The notes: generated by a model from the sequence alone, not told the origin. Counted from the stretch's first letter, positions 35,793 to 47,038 are shown. The stretch: DNA of 51,808 nt from a virus (IMGVR_UViG_3300030107_003389:1-51808); one strand, 5' to 3'. Numbers and translations are program-made.

Positions 35793-38700
35793 TACTATCT
35801 CCTATTTTAGTTTTAAGTTCATTTATTTGAACTTGTTGTTCTTGAACTGCTTTTATTAATACAGCAGTTAATTTTTCATAGTCCAAAGTCTTTATTTTTT
35901 TATCAAAATGTTTTTTATCTTTTACAATTTCAGGAATTATTTCTTCTACTTCTTGTGCAATAAATCCTATATCATGTCTATTATCTTCTTTCCAATCATA
36001 TTGTTTTGGATTTAAACTCATAATAGTATCTAAACCATAGTTAATTTCTTCAATATTAGTTTTTAATCTCTTATCTGAAGGTGTTGTAGAAAATGCTATA
36101 ACATCTTGTTTTGCATGAAAATCTCCATCAGTTTCCATTCTAAATTCTTCTGTTGCACCACCTGATTGATTATAAGGACAAGTCCCAAATGATAAATAAC
36201 CACCTGCAAGAGTTCCATTACCTGTTGGATTTACTGTTTTAATAAATGAAGCTATATAAGGTGCATTACCACTTGAATCTTCTAAAAATGTTTCTATTGT
36301 AGATATAACATCTCCTGAATCCCAATCTGTGCTTTGTACTGTGTTAGTCAATCTAAATGTCGGTGAACCTGCTGCACCATCAGTACCACCTGAACCTGCT
36401 ACATCTAAATTTGTTTGTGGTGATATTCCTATACCGACATTTTGAGATGCATCAATAGTCATTGCAACAGCATTGGCAGTTTTAAAGTCCATAGAATCGC
36501 TACTATGTTTATATGCTATTCTACCTCTTATTCCACCACTATCCATAAAGTGGATACCAGTATCTGAACTTGTACCACCACCTATTCCAAGATAAGAATG
36601 CCCATCATCTTCAATTAATAAATGATTATTTGCATCATCAGGAATAGAACCATCTCCATTATAAATATGAACTTTACTTGTTGGGAATTTAGTTCCTATA
36701 CCGACATCTCCACCATGACTAATCCTCATACTTTCATTAAAATCACCTGAACCATCTGTTCCTTGTGTATAAAAAGCCAATCCAACAAAATCAGTATCAG
36801 TATTTTCAGCAACAGCAGTAATCATAGCCCTTCTTCTTGAAGAACCACCCAACCATGTAATTCCACCATAAGTAGCAGCATTAGTTCCTTCATGCCCACG
36901 AAGTAGTATGCTATCTTGACCTGAAGCTGTTTCTGTAGCACTTCCATCTCCATCTGAAGTTGTAGAAGTATTATGTATGTGCAATTTTGCACTTGGTGAT
37001 TGAGTTCCTATGCCGATATTTCCTGAATTATCAATGACCATTCTTTGATTTGACTGCAAATTATCTGAATCAGCAAAAACAAATAATGAACTATTGCTTG
37101 GTGTTCCCATTCTCATAGCTCTATGTCCTGCTCTTTCCATTTTAATAACTACTGGACTTCCTGTAATGTGTAAGTTAGCATCAATAGAATCTTCTCCTAT
37201 ACCGACACCAGTATTATTAACTCTAACTCTTTCAGTATTTCCTGTTGATATACCAAAACTATTATCTGCTGGTCTAAATATTGCTGCATCTGCTGTTGGT
37301 GCAGAAGCATTTGTTCTAAAAATTAATCTATCAGAACGAGCATCTCCTGCTACATCTAATTTATATCCTGGTGATGAAGTTCCTACTCCTAAATTTCCTG
37401 CAGGCATTAAATTAATATCATAACCACCATAAGTTCTAATTTCTAAGTCATTACTTACTCTATTAATTACTGCATTAGTATCCTCAAATTCTACTTGGTC
37501 GCCATGTCTTGTATTTTTATGTATAGTAGTTCTACCAGTACCATAAGTCAATAACATAGCACTATTAGTAACATCTCTTAAATACAATACATCTTCTCCA
37601 CTATTGTTGTATTGAAGAAAGTTAGTATTACCATTGTCAAATTGCACACCATAACCAGTTGTAATTTTACTCGTTACACTTAATTCTCCACCAATATCTA
37701 TATTACCACCAGTCACTATATTGCCACTAAAAGTTGTATTACTATTGATATACATTTGTGCAGCATTACCAGATAAATCTTGAACTGCAATAGCGTCCCT
37801 ACCTAAATACATTAATCTTGCATTATCTTCAAGCTTTAATAAAGAAGTGCTACCACTTCCAGTAGTTTTAATGTGAAGTTTTGTATCGGGACTATTTTCA
37901 CTAATACCGACTTTATTGTTAGCAGAATCTGCAAATAAAGTAAAGTTGGAATCATTGACTACTAAGTTAGCATCTACTGTGGTAGCATTAGGTATATATC
38001 CACCTTTAAATCTTTGATTGTTAGATAGTTCATGTTGCATAGCCCCAAGCATAGTTGCTTCATCTTGTCCACCTCCCTCTTGACATACTAAATAAAATGG
38101 TGCTGTACCTACAAATCTAAATGGACCTGCAGTTGATACATTTGTTGCTCCAGTAGCATTACCAGTTTCAAACAACAATGGTGAATTTTTAGTAGCAGCA
38201 CTTCCATCGTGCGTATATAATACATTACCACTTACATCTAATACTTTTACAAAAGTATCTTGAAAACAAACTAATCTATAATTTGACAAATCTGTACTAC
38301 CATAAATATAGTAATCAGAACAGAACTCGATAGGCATAGCAAATTCTGCGTCACTACCTGAACCATCAGCAGTACCTGAAGCATATAATCCATACTTACC
38401 AGTAGTATCTCTTAAATAATAAGCATTACTATTTGCTGTTTCTGAAATAGTTGTACTACCTTCCAAGCCATTTGTTATACCACCTTTCATTTCTCTTGAA
38501 TAATTACTTGCTATAACTTCCATAGCTAAAGGTGTAAATATTAAATGGTCAGCTCCTCCATCATCTAAGGTAGCACATACTTTTCCATCTGCTACAATTA
38601 CATAGTATTGAGTTTGTGAAGTGCCTCCATCTTCATCATATGCTACAATACCACCTTTGCTAAGTGTTCCTGTTTCTTCAGGAGTTCCAGTAATATCTAT

Positions 38701-41700
38701 GTTTGCAGAAGTGCTTACAAATATTTTATAAGTTACACTCGCATAAGGTGCATAAATATGTATTTTTAAAGGTTGTCCTCTTGAATTAGAAGAACCTAAT
38801 ATTCTACCACTAAATCTTGTATTCATGCACATACTTCTGATTGTGCCTGATTGATTTACAACAACTGCTCTATCTGCTGAAATAACATCTCCTAAACTTA
38901 AATCTCCTGCACTAATAGTTGCTTGTCCAAAGGCACTATCAATCTTGCCTTTATATACGCCATTTAGATAAACATTTGTATTATTAAAATATGAAGTAAC
39001 AACATGGTCAGAACCACTCTCCATTACAATCCAGTCACTTTCAACAAAGTGTCCTTTGTGTTGCATATAATCTCTTGTATCTAAATATTGATGTGCTTTT
39101 AGTGTACCACCTAATGCTAAATTTTGATTTTGAACATTACTACCTACAAAAATATTATTTTTAATACTAACATTACCTGACGAGTTAATTTTGAAAGCAT
39201 TAGCACCTGCACCACTTTCAATTACAAAAGGGTCACCTGCACCAGTTTCAGTAATATGAAAATTATTTGTTACTGCTCTTGCTCTCCAAGTTGCACTTCC
39301 ATCAGTATCTGTAAATGCTAATTCAGGTGCAGTTCCTGATAAATGTAAAAGATAACTTGGTGATGTAACTCCAATGCCAACATTACCTGATGTATCTATT
39401 GTTAGTCTATCATTAGTTCCAACTGCAGAATTATCAGAAATTTTAAAAGCATTAGCACTATCATCTATACCTATTGAAAAATATTTATTACCAACATCTC
39501 TAAATGTTATTTGTGGGTCGCCACTTCCTGCATGAATATTAACTTCTGCATAAGGAGAAGATACACCAATATCTCTTACAAATCTTGCTATACTTGCACC
39601 TCCACCACCACCAGTAACTTTAAAAGCATGGTCATTACTATCTTGATTGACATGGAGAGGTGTTTCGGGCGATGAAGTTCCAATTCCCACTCGTGAATTA
39701 CTATCTACTACTAAAGTATCACTTCCTGCACCATCTTCAATGCTAAATGGTGTATTACTATCTGCATAAAGTTCAAATCTATTATTAGAAATACTATATC
39801 CAAGATTTGCTCTTGTTGTGCTTCCTTCATTGAAATATATTCTTGGATTTGCGTCATTAGATTGTATTCTAAATACTGCATTACCTGATGCTTTTTCAAG
39901 TTTTAAAGTTCCTGCAGTATAAGTTAATTCTGTTTCTCCAGTTAGTGTACCATCTCCATCTGATGTTAATACTGCGTTTGCAGTTCCACTATTAGCAATC
40001 ACATCAGCTAAAGCAATAGATAAAGTACCAGTAGAAGTAATTGTTCCACCACTTATACCAGTGCCAGTTGCTATACTACTAACTGTACCAGAATTGTTTG
40101 TAAAAGGTAAATCACTTACTGTACCTACTCTTGTATTATTGCTATCAGAACCATCAAAAAATATAAAACCATCTGAAGCCTGTACCTCAGATACAGCTGT
40201 TAATGCACTAAAAGCTATGTCTACTTTATCTGCACCAACTGACAATGTATCTGAACCTACTGCAAGAGTTATAGTTCCTGATGATGTTATTGCACTACCA
40301 CTACTAGTTAATCCATTACCACCTGCTACTGTTACAGAAGTAACCGTACCAGCATTGGAAGTAAATCCTGAATCGTTGTTAAAGCCAGATAAATTAATAT
40401 TACCTTTTGTAAGTTTTTTCTGAGCATTAGAACTATCAACTACTGCAAAGAAATCTCCGTCTCCGTCTGATGTAGATGTGGTGAGCTCAGATAAATCTAG
40501 TGACAAAGTATGAGTAGTTCCTTCTCCAGAAGTAGCAGCATTGCTATCTATACCAGTTCCTCCAGTTATAGTAGCAACATAATTACCAGTTGTTTTTGTG
40601 CCTAATGCTACGCTATCATTAGCAATCGTTGTATCAATACTTACTGCTGCACTACCATCAAAACCTGCTCCTGGTGTTACACCTGTTATATCTCCAGTTA
40701 ACGATATGTCTCTAGCATTTGCTAACTTTGTTGCTGTTCCTGCATTACCAGTAGCATTACCAGTTACATTACCTTCTAAGTTTGATACAAGAGTTCCAAC
40801 AGCATATCCTGTTTCATTTACATCTACTGTAGTTGTAGGCTCTACTTGTAAATCTTTAAATAATTTAAACTTACCACTATCATTAGCATCTCTAAATAAA
40901 CCTGCATATTTATCAGTTCCACTTGTATCGTACAAACCATAAAAACCAATGTCTACAGAATCTGCAGCATTGTTAGCTTTTGCTAGTTTAATTAAAGGGT
41001 CTTCTACTATAAGATTAGTAGTGTCTATTGTAGTTGTAGTTCCGTTTACTACAAGACTGTTAGCAATAACAACATCATCTGGTAAACCAATAGTTATTGT
41101 ACCAGAACTTTCTGCAACAGTTGCTTCATTTGAAGTTCCACTAAATGTAATTGTACTTCCTAAAGTTCTTTGAGTAGAGTTAGAACCATCTGAAACAGTA
41201 ATACTACTTTCAGCTAATTTAGTAATAGCAATAGCTGCATCAGAAGCAACTTGACCATCACTTATAGTGTCTAATTCTGCCAAATCTCCTAAACCTAAAT
41301 TACTTTTCGCTGCAGTTGCAGTAGTTCCTCCAGTACCACCTCTAGCAATACTTAAAGTTCCTGTAGTTCCTCCAATAATAGGTAATCCTGTAGCATCTTG
41401 TAAGTCAAACGCAGGTGTTGCATCGCTAGCTCCTAAAGCCACACTTACTCCACCATAGCTTACAGATGTATTAGTTAGAGCTACATCATTAGCATTAACA
41501 GTAATTCCTGTACCAGCTCCTATGTTTAAAGTTGTGCTTGAACCTAAAGAAACCGAACCTCCGTTTATTAATCCTGCTCCAGCAGTTATTGTTACAGCAG
41601 ACTCAGCTAGTTTACTGATAGCTATAGATGCATCTGAAGCAACATCGCCATCTGATACTTCATCTTTAATTGCTAAATCTCCAAGCCCTAAACTTGTTCT

Positions 41701-42477
41701 TGCCGTGCTACCTGATTCGTATTGAAAAGCACCAGAGCCAGTAGCTACAATAAATTGACCATTAGAAGAAGCTGCTCCTAATGTATCTAAATCTTCTAAA
41801 ACACCATCTACTGCTATAGTTAATGTTTCGTTTGAACTTTGATTAGTTGTAAAATTACCTATTGCAGCTAAACCTGCACCAGGACTTAAAGTAATAGTTG
41901 CGTTAGCAGGAGCAGCTATACTTGATATTTCTGAATCTACATAAGCTTTAATAGATTGTTGTGTAGCAAGTTTAGTATCGCTATCAGAAGCCATATTGTT
42001 TTCATCTAAAATAGCAGTACCACTTACACCTGTATTTATAACAGGACTTGTTAAAGTTTTGTTTGTAAGAGTTTGTGAGCCAGTAAGAGTTGTTACTGTA
42101 GAATCAATAGCAATATCATTTGCATTAGCAGTAATACCCGTTCCACCAATTACATTTAAAGGTATATTTCCACTAGAACCACCACCTGTTAAACCTGTTC
42201 CAGCTGTAATACCAGTAATATCTCCAGCTCCAGAAGAACTGCCTTGCATAATAACATTTGTAACATCTCCAGTTTTTCCAGGAGCAACGGTAGGCATAAC
42301 CTTTCCTTGTTCTTCAAATCTTGTTTCGTATACAACGCCTTGTCTTTTTTCTTGTTTTATTAATACTCCATCCTCAAGAAATGATATAGATTCTCCTTCT
42401 CTAATATTATTTTTAGATGGTCTTACTCTAAAGAATGAGTCAATTCCATTGACTTTATGTTTACCAGATTTTGGCAT
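35785..42477 (-). CDS. Tail fibre with VGIG repeats and C-terminal intramolecular chaperone (peptidase S74)
   Basis: G/S/T-rich; eight (V/I/L)G(I/V)G-type repeats; SDKRLKTNI...HDIGFIAQEVEEIIPEIV...LDYEKL..LIKAVQE. Confidence 0.9.
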   Translation of the reverse strand: MPKSGKHKVNGIDSFFRVRPSKNNIREGESISFLEDGVLIKQEKRQGVVYETRFEEQGKVMPTVAPGKTGDVTNVIMQGSSSGAGDITGITAGTGLTGGGSSGNIPLNVIGGTGITANANDIAIDSTVTTLTGSQTLTNKTLTSPVINTGVSGTAILDENNMASDSDTKLATQQSIKAYVDSEISSIAAPANATITLSPGAGLAAIGNFTTNQSSNETLTIAVDGVLEDLDTLGAASSNGQFIVATGSGAFQYESGSTARTSLGLGDLAIKDEVSDGDVASDASIAISKLAESAVTITAGAGLINGGSVSLGSSTTLNIGAGTGITVNANDVALTNTSVSYGGVSVALGASDATPAFDLQDATGLPIIGGTTGTLSIARGGTGGTTATAAKSNLGLGDLAELDTISDGQVASDAAIAITKLAESSITVSDGSNSTQRTLGSTITFSGTSNEATVAESSGTITIGLPDDVVIANSLVVNGTTTTIDTTNLIVEDPLIKLAKANNAADSVDIGFYGLYDTSGTDKYAGLFRDANDSGKFKLFKDLQVEPTTTVDVNETGYAVGTLVSNLEGNVTGNATGNAGTATKLANARDISLTGDITGVTPGAGFDGSAAVSIDTTIANDSVALGTKTTGNYVATITGGTGIDSNAATSGEGTTHTLSLDLSELTTSTSDGDGDFFAVVDSSNAQKKLTKGNINLSGFNNDSGFTSNAGTVTSVTVAGGNGLTSSGSAITSSGTITLAVGSDTLSVGADKVDIAFSALTAVSEVQASDGFIFFDGSDSNNTRVGTVSDLPFTNNSGTVSSIATGTGISGGTITSTGTLSIALADVIANSGTANAVLTSDGDGTLTGETELTYTAGTLKLEKASGNAVFRIQSNDANPRIYFNEGSTTRANLGYSISNNRFELYADSNTPFSIEDGAGSDTLVVDSNSRVGIGTSSPETPLHVNQDSNDHAFKVTGGGGGASIARFVRDIGVSSPYAEVNIHAGSGDPQITFRDVGNKYFSIGIDDSANAFKISDNSAVGTNDRLTIDTSGNVGIGVTSPSYLLHLSGTAPELAFTDTDGSATWRARAVTNNFHITETGAGDPFVIESGAGANAFKINSSGNVSIKNNIFVGSNVQNQNLALGGTLKAHQYLDTRDYMQHKGHFVESDWIVMESGSDHVVTSYFNNTNVYLNGVYKGKIDSAFGQATISAGDLSLGDVISADRAVVVNQSGTIRSMCMNTRFSGRILGSSNSRGQPLKIHIYAPYASVTYKIFVSTSANIDITGTPEETGTLSKGGIVAYDEDGGTSQTQYYVIVADGKVCATLDDGGADHLIFTPLAMEVIASNYSREMKGGITNGLEGSTTISETANSNAYYLRDTTGKYGLYASGTADGSGSDAEFAMPIEFCSDYYIYGSTDLSNYRLVCFQDTFVKVLDVSGNVLYTHDGSAATKNSPLLFETGNATGATNVSTAGPFRFVGTAPFYLVCQEGGGQDEATMLGAMQHELSNNQRFKGGYIPNATTVDANLVVNDSNFTLFADSANNKVGISENSPDTKLHIKTTGSGSTSLLKLEDNARLMYLGRDAIAVQDLSGNAAQMYINSNTTFSGNIVTGGNIDIGGELSVTSKITTGYGVQFDNGNTNFLQYNNSGEDVLYLRDVTNSAMLLTYGTGRTTIHKNTRHGDQVEFEDTNAVINRVSNDLEIRTYGGYDINLMPAGNLGVGTSSPGYKLDVAGDARSDRLIFRTNASAPTADAAIFRPADNSFGISTGNTERVRVNNTGVGIGEDSIDANLHITGSPVVIKMERAGHRAMRMGTPSNSSLFVFADSDNLQSNQRMVIDNSGNIGIGTQSPSAKLHIHNTSTTSDGDGSATETASGQDSILLRGHEGTNAATYGGITWLGGSSRRRAMITAVAENTDTDFVGLAFYTQGTDGSGDFNESMRISHGGDVGIGTKFPTSKVHIYNGDGSIPDDANNHLLIEDDGHSYLGIGGGTSSDTGIHFMDSGGIRGRIAYKHSSDSMDFKTANAVAMTIDASQNVGIGISPQTNLDVAGSGGTDGAAGSPTFRLTNTVQSTDWDSGDVISTIETFLEDSSGNAPYIASFIKTVNPTGNGTLAGGYLSFGTCPYNQSGGATEEFRMETDGDFHAKQDVIAFSTTPSDKRLKTNIEEINYGLDTIMSLNPKQYDWKEDNRHDIGFIAQEVEEIIPEIVKDKKHFDKKIKTLDYEKLTAVLIKAVQEQQVQINELKTKIGDSNG

Positions 42478-45005
42478 TATGAAGGTCTCTTGTTAGTTAA
42501 TCTAAAATCTATATTAATATCGTTAATATCTATTTTTCCACTACTAACAAGTTTTAAAGCTACAGATTCACAATTTTGATTGATAGTATAAGCATTAACT
42601 TCATATTGTGCATTGTTAATAGTTGCTTGTCCACTTCCAGGGTCAGATGCTGCTGTAAAACTTGTACTGCCATCAAGTGCATAAGACAATGTTAATGTAG
42701 AATTAGCTGCTGCATCTCTAGAAGTAACATAAACTTTTTTTACTTTTTTAACTAAACCTGGATTACCAAAATCTATATCTTTAGTAATTAATTCTATACC
42801 TTTTGTTCCAGTATCTCCTGTTAGCAATTTTAATGTTTTTTCATTACTACTGCCATATTCTAAATAATATAACCCATCAAATGATTCTATAAAATTTGAT
42901 ATACCATCATAATTACTTGTTGCAAAAGGTTTAATAATAGACCAACATTGTCTTGTAAAATCAAATACAAATACATCTGTATCAGCATCTGCATCTTGAA
43001 CTACACATAATTGTTTATATTTATTGTTATATCCTATTGCAGGATTTTTAGTAGTTTGATTTGTTCTCCAAGTTGCATCATCTAATTTTACAGTTAATTC
43101 TTTTGGCATAGATTGCCCATCAAATATATATACTCCATCGTCATTAACCCAACAAACACCAAAAGGAGTTTTAGATATTGATTCTTGTTGTCTACATCCC
43201 ATACCATCATATTCTGCTTCTAGATACCAACCAGCATCTGAAGATGAAGAAACATTAATAACATATAATTTTTTCTGTTTAAAAGCTAATAATCTATTTC
43301 CTAAACTATGTAAAGCAGTAAATGAATCACCATCGCTAATTCCAATATCTAAATAATAAGTATCTGGAAAAGTTGAAAATCTATTTACTGGACTATAATA
43401 TACTCTATCATCATACACTTTATCATTTTTTCTTACATTTGCTACCCAAGCTCTTCTTGCACAAACAGTAGCTGCTTTATATCCACCATCTGTTCCAAAA
43501 TCAATAGATTCTTCGTCTTGAGAATAACCGTTAATACTTTCATATGTGTCTAATGAAGGATTTACTATATCAAAAGCATTTGTATTTTCTTGATAATCTG
43601 TTGCTGCTGTAGTAAAAGCATCAAAATCTTCAAATAAATTTTTTCTTACTCCTTGATAATAATCAACATCTAAAAATAATATCCATCTTCCATTACCATC
43701 TTTTTTCCTTGTATAAATTCTTACGCCTTTTTCATTTCTTCTTGCTGTAAATGAAGTATCTTTAATTCTAAATTTAACACCAGTAAAATAAGCACCAGTT
43801 GTAATAGCAAATAAATCGCTTTTAGGAGTTTGTGGCAATGTTTCATTGTCTTGTAAATCTACTACTGTATGACAGAACTCATAAGAACCTTCTTCCCATC
43901 CCCCAGAAGTAACAGCAATGCTTGATGTATCTACAACTTGAACTTCAGAAGCTCCTGAGTGTTCTAAAGGAACTCCTGTATATACAGCTCTATCTACTAT
44001 TAATTGCAATATATCATTAGTTGCACTTCCATTTACAGTATTAACCCCTCTTACTCTCATAGCTTCACCGTTAATATAAATAATATTACCATCCATATTT
44101 GCAGAAGTAAAAGCTCCAGCAGAATATACAGCAGTTCCATCAACCTCATATGTTAAAGATTGTGTAGCCATATTATCAGTTGTTCCTTGAATTGTAAGAT
44201 ATATAACTTTATCAGTAAGTCTTATATCAGCTGTTTGGTCAGGATTTGTTTCATCTGGATTTGTTGTTGTAACAAGTTTATTTGCTGCTGATGTTTTTAC
44301 AATAGTACCAAAATCTTGAGAATCTAATGTAGGGTCTGTTTGTAAAATTACACTAAATTCTCCTGCACCAGAAGGATTTGTAGATGCTCCAGAACCAAAA
44401 GCTGTTCCTTCTGCTATGTCTTCAAATTGATTACTGTCTTTTTCTACTTTAGTAGTGACATCATACCAACCAGATGTAATAGAAGTTCCAAGTCTTGTGC
44501 TATGATTTACATAAGGTAATTTTCTTGGTTCAAAACTATTAGTTCCATCTACTATTAATTTATCAGAAACATATAATATTCCATCTACAAAATAATATAC
44601 AGGTTGCACAGCACCAGTTTGTTGCATATCTATTTGAGTATTAGTTCCTTCTTGTGTAAATACTCCTGTAGAATCAAAATGTCTTCTAAAAAATTGTATA
44701 GTAGTATTTCCAGAACTTTTATCTATAGGATAAGCTATAATTTGACTTGGTTGTGTTGCAGTTCCGTCTGTATCTACATTAAATTGAGAATTAAATATAA
44801 ATGCACCATTTCCACATTGAGTATGAGTCATTGTAGTAGCACTACTTACTTTATCAGTAGCAGATGAAGAGGCTTCTATTAAGCCAGGATTAGATAATAC
44901 AACATTATCTGCTTTTTGAACTTCATTAGGTGCAATATCTCTAGGAGACGACTTAGTGTTTAAGCCTCCACTAAAATCATTTAATTGTAAAGATTGTCTT
45001 GGCAT
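42477..45005 (-). CDS. Tail tubular/stabilisation protein (P22 gp10 / T7 gp12-like)
   Basis: DFSGGLN start, NVVLS, beta-propeller-like repeats, TKDIDFGNP...KKVKKVY. Confidence 0.75.
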   Translation of the reverse strand: MPRQSLQLNDFSGGLNTKSSPRDIAPNEVQKADNVVLSNPGLIEASSSATDKVSSATTMTHTQCGNGAFIFNSQFNVDTDGTATQPSQIIAYPIDKSSGNTTIQFFRRHFDSTGVFTQEGTNTQIDMQQTGAVQPVYYFVDGILYVSDKLIVDGTNSFEPRKLPYVNHSTRLGTSITSGWYDVTTKVEKDSNQFEDIAEGTAFGSGASTNPSGAGEFSVILQTDPTLDSQDFGTIVKTSAANKLVTTTNPDETNPDQTADIRLTDKVIYLTIQGTTDNMATQSLTYEVDGTAVYSAGAFTSANMDGNIIYINGEAMRVRGVNTVNGSATNDILQLIVDRAVYTGVPLEHSGASEVQVVDTSSIAVTSGGWEEGSYEFCHTVVDLQDNETLPQTPKSDLFAITTGAYFTGVKFRIKDTSFTARRNEKGVRIYTRKKDGNGRWILFLDVDYYQGVRKNLFEDFDAFTTAATDYQENTNAFDIVNPSLDTYESINGYSQDEESIDFGTDGGYKAATVCARRAWVANVRKNDKVYDDRVYYSPVNRFSTFPDTYYLDIGISDGDSFTALHSLGNRLLAFKQKKLYVINVSSSSDAGWYLEAEYDGMGCRQQESISKTPFGVCWVNDDGVYIFDGQSMPKELTVKLDDATWRTNQTTKNPAIGYNNKYKQLCVVQDADADTDVFVFDFTRQCWSIIKPFATSNYDGISNFIESFDGLYYLEYGSSNEKTLKLLTGDTGTKGIELITKDIDFGNPGLVKKVKKVYVTSRDAAANSTLTLSYALDGSTSFTAASDPGSGQATINNAQYEVNAYTINQNCESVALKLVSSGKIDINDINIDFRLTNKRPS

Positions 45006-45376
45006 TAGGCACTTCTCTTTACCTTTTCAAAGCTACGCATTCCTCCAAGACCGAGCATACCAAGAAGTACTGTTGTAAGAGTACCCATATCAAAAGTTGG
45101 TAATACTACTTCGTTTCCAAAACTATATAAAATAAATGTAAGTAAAGGTTGTAGTACAAAATGATAACATAGTGCTACTCCACAAGTCCAGCCTACGAAG
45201 GGTCTCCAGCCACTAACAAATAAGCTACTACTATTTGCTTCAACTTTATTAACCTCAATCTGTGCTTTGTTTATTTCTTGTATTAATTGTGCTTTTTCCT
45301 CTTTGTCTAAAGTAAACTTGTCTACATGACCTGCAACCTTATCAATAATACCAGCAACTACATTTAACTTAGGCAT
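45005..45376 (-). CDS. Holin (3TM, GTA-type/DUF3154)
   Basis: NKVEA...FVSGWRPFVGWTCG...MLGLGGMRSFEK. Confidence 0.85.
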   Translation of the reverse strand: MPKLNVVAGIIDKVAGHVDKFTLDKEEKAQLIQEINKAQIEVNKVEANSSSLFVSGWRPFVGWTCGVALCYHFVLQPLLTFILYSFGNEVVLPTFDMGTLTTVLLGMLGLGGMRSFEKVKRSA

Positions 45377-45531
45377 TATTTTTTACCTCTTTTCTTCTTA
45401 GCTTTTATAATCTTTCTTTTTAATTGCATAAAATTCCAACATTTCTTACATTTTCCTTTAATATCATCAGCACAAAATAATGCATAATGTGAGCTAAATC
45501 CTAAGATAAAGCCTATAATAAATCCTACCAT
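45376..45531 (-). CDS. 51-aa membrane peptide with basic tail (not in track)
   Basis: MVGFIIGFILGF...CKKC...KKKRGKK; GGAG RBS; TAATG coupling to holin. Confidence 0.65.
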   Translation of the reverse strand: MVGFIIGFILGFSSHYALFCADDIKGKCKKCWNFMQLKRKIIKAKKKRGKK

Positions 45532-45545
45532 ATTATCTCCTGTCA

Positions 45546-46640
45546 TTAATATATTAACCAGTTAAATCCAATTTTAGATTCATAAGATTGAACATCGTAC
45601 ATACTTAAGTATCTTCCTTCTAAGAAAATACCAAACTTTTTACTAAGTTTCCAACCATACACTAATCCTAAATCATAATCCATTCCATTTTCAGCTACAT
45701 CGTAATTAAATGAATAATCAGACATACCTTTTGTTATTGGATATGCAGTAGCCCAAAAGTGAAACCAATTATTAGGCATATACTTGTAATAGTCAGCACC
45801 TACAGATAAACTTAATTCGTTTTGATACCCTAAATCTTTAGCATATTCTTCGTTATATTCTCTAACAATTTCTCCATATACTTGAGTATAAAACTCTTCA
45901 TCAGTAGTTGCTACAAGATTTCCTTCAGCATCCCACCATAGATAATCATAAAATTCATATCCATATTGAGTAAATTGTTGTTCAAAAGAATCTGTATATC
46001 CATAGAAATAAGCAAATTCCCAAAATGGAATATATTCACTAATATCTATACCTTGTTCATCCCACCATAAATCTATAGGTAAAAAGTCTAAATAAGCTGG
46101 ATGCATTCTTCCAGCAACACCCATAGATAAAGCAAGATTACCAAAATCTTTTTTAAATCGCATATCTAAAGCTGCAAACTCTACATCTTCTAATCCTCTA
46201 AAATCGTAATTAGCTTTTGCAATAAATTTATCTCCCATATATCTAAGCATAAATTGTTGGTTTGTAAATTCTTCTTCAAACTCTTTATGGTCTGAATATT
46301 CAATTACATATTCCCAACCAGTAGGAACATTACCAATAGAAACGCTTTCATTAATAGGTGCTTCTTTACCAGTATACCACACTTCAGGTTTATTTTCATA
46401 CCCAAATCGTGCTAATTTTCTAATACCAAAAGTCATAACTGTATTGTCATCTAACTCTTGTTGTAGTTCTTGTAATTGCCCACCTGACACTTGGTATTGC
46501 AATTCTTTAGTTATTGGACTACTAAAGCTATATGCACCGTATATAGTGCTAAACTTAAAAAAGTCTTGTGCTGATAAAGTGCCTGCTAATAATAGACAAC
46601 TTAATATTTGTTTGTAAAACAAACTTAAATAATACATCAT
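45546..46640 (-). CDS. Putative outer-membrane beta-barrel protein
   Basis: Signal peptide ...AGTLSA|QD; alternating aromatic beta strands; C-terminal KIGFNWLIY; acidic aromatic insert. Confidence 0.6.
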   Translation of the reverse strand: MMYYLSLFYKQILSCLLLAGTLSAQDFFKFSTIYGAYSFSSPITKELQYQVSGGQLQELQQELDDNTVMTFGIRKLARFGYENKPEVWYTGKEAPINESVSIGNVPTGWEYVIEYSDHKEFEEEFTNQQFMLRYMGDKFIAKANYDFRGLEDVEFAALDMRFKKDFGNLALSMGVAGRMHPAYLDFLPIDLWWDEQGIDISEYIPFWEFAYFYGYTDSFEQQFTQYGYEFYDYLWWDAEGNLVATTDEEFYTQVYGEIVREYNEEYAKDLGYQNELSLSVGADYYKYMPNNWFHFWATAYPITKGMSDYSFNYDVAENGMDYDLGLVYGWKLSKKFGIFLEGRYLSMYDVQSYESKIGFNWLIY

Positions 46641-47038
46641 TGAAATCTCCTTAACATTATTTCATCTATCTCATTATTTATTTCTTTTTTAATTTTGTTT
46701 TCATCCAGGTTAAATGATAAACCTGCTTCAAATCTTTTTATTTCTTTGCCATATTCAAACATAATAATTGTTGGAACTGATTTAATTCCCCATTCATTAG
46801 CTATAATAGCACCATATTGTTTATCGTCTATACTTGCATTAAACCATTTACAATTCTTCATTTTTCCTAAATCTATAGAAGCTTTAATATTCCAGTCTGC
46901 ATTGACTTGAACTATAACGCATTCGTCTTGACTTAATAACTGTATTTGTGTTAAATCTTTTAGTTTACCTTGTGAGTGTAATGGCGTAAGCCACAACGAC
47001 AAACCAAGTAACGATAAAATACCATAATATAAGTTCAT
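46637..47038 (-). CDS. Secreted thioredoxin-fold protein lacking CxxC
   Basis: Signal peptide ...PLHS|QG; VNADWN in place of FxAxWCxxC; IKSVPTIIMFEYGKEIKRF cis-Pro motif. Confidence 0.7.
   Translation of the reverse strand: MNLYYGILSLLGLSLWLTPLHSQGKLKDLTQIQLLSQDECVIVQVNADWNIKASIDLGKMKNCKWFNASIDDKQYGAIIANEWGIKSVPTIIMFEYGKEIKRFEAGLSFNLDENKIKKEINNEIDEIMLRRFQ

Noticed and set aside
35785-42477. Diversity-generating retroelement or invertase shufflon acting on the fibre
   Set aside because: No reverse transcriptase, TR/VR pair, recombinase or inverted cassettes seen
40061-42496. + strand ORFs antisense to the fibre, and similar antisense ORFs elsewhere
   Set aside because: Shadow frames of real genes, without RBS or motifs
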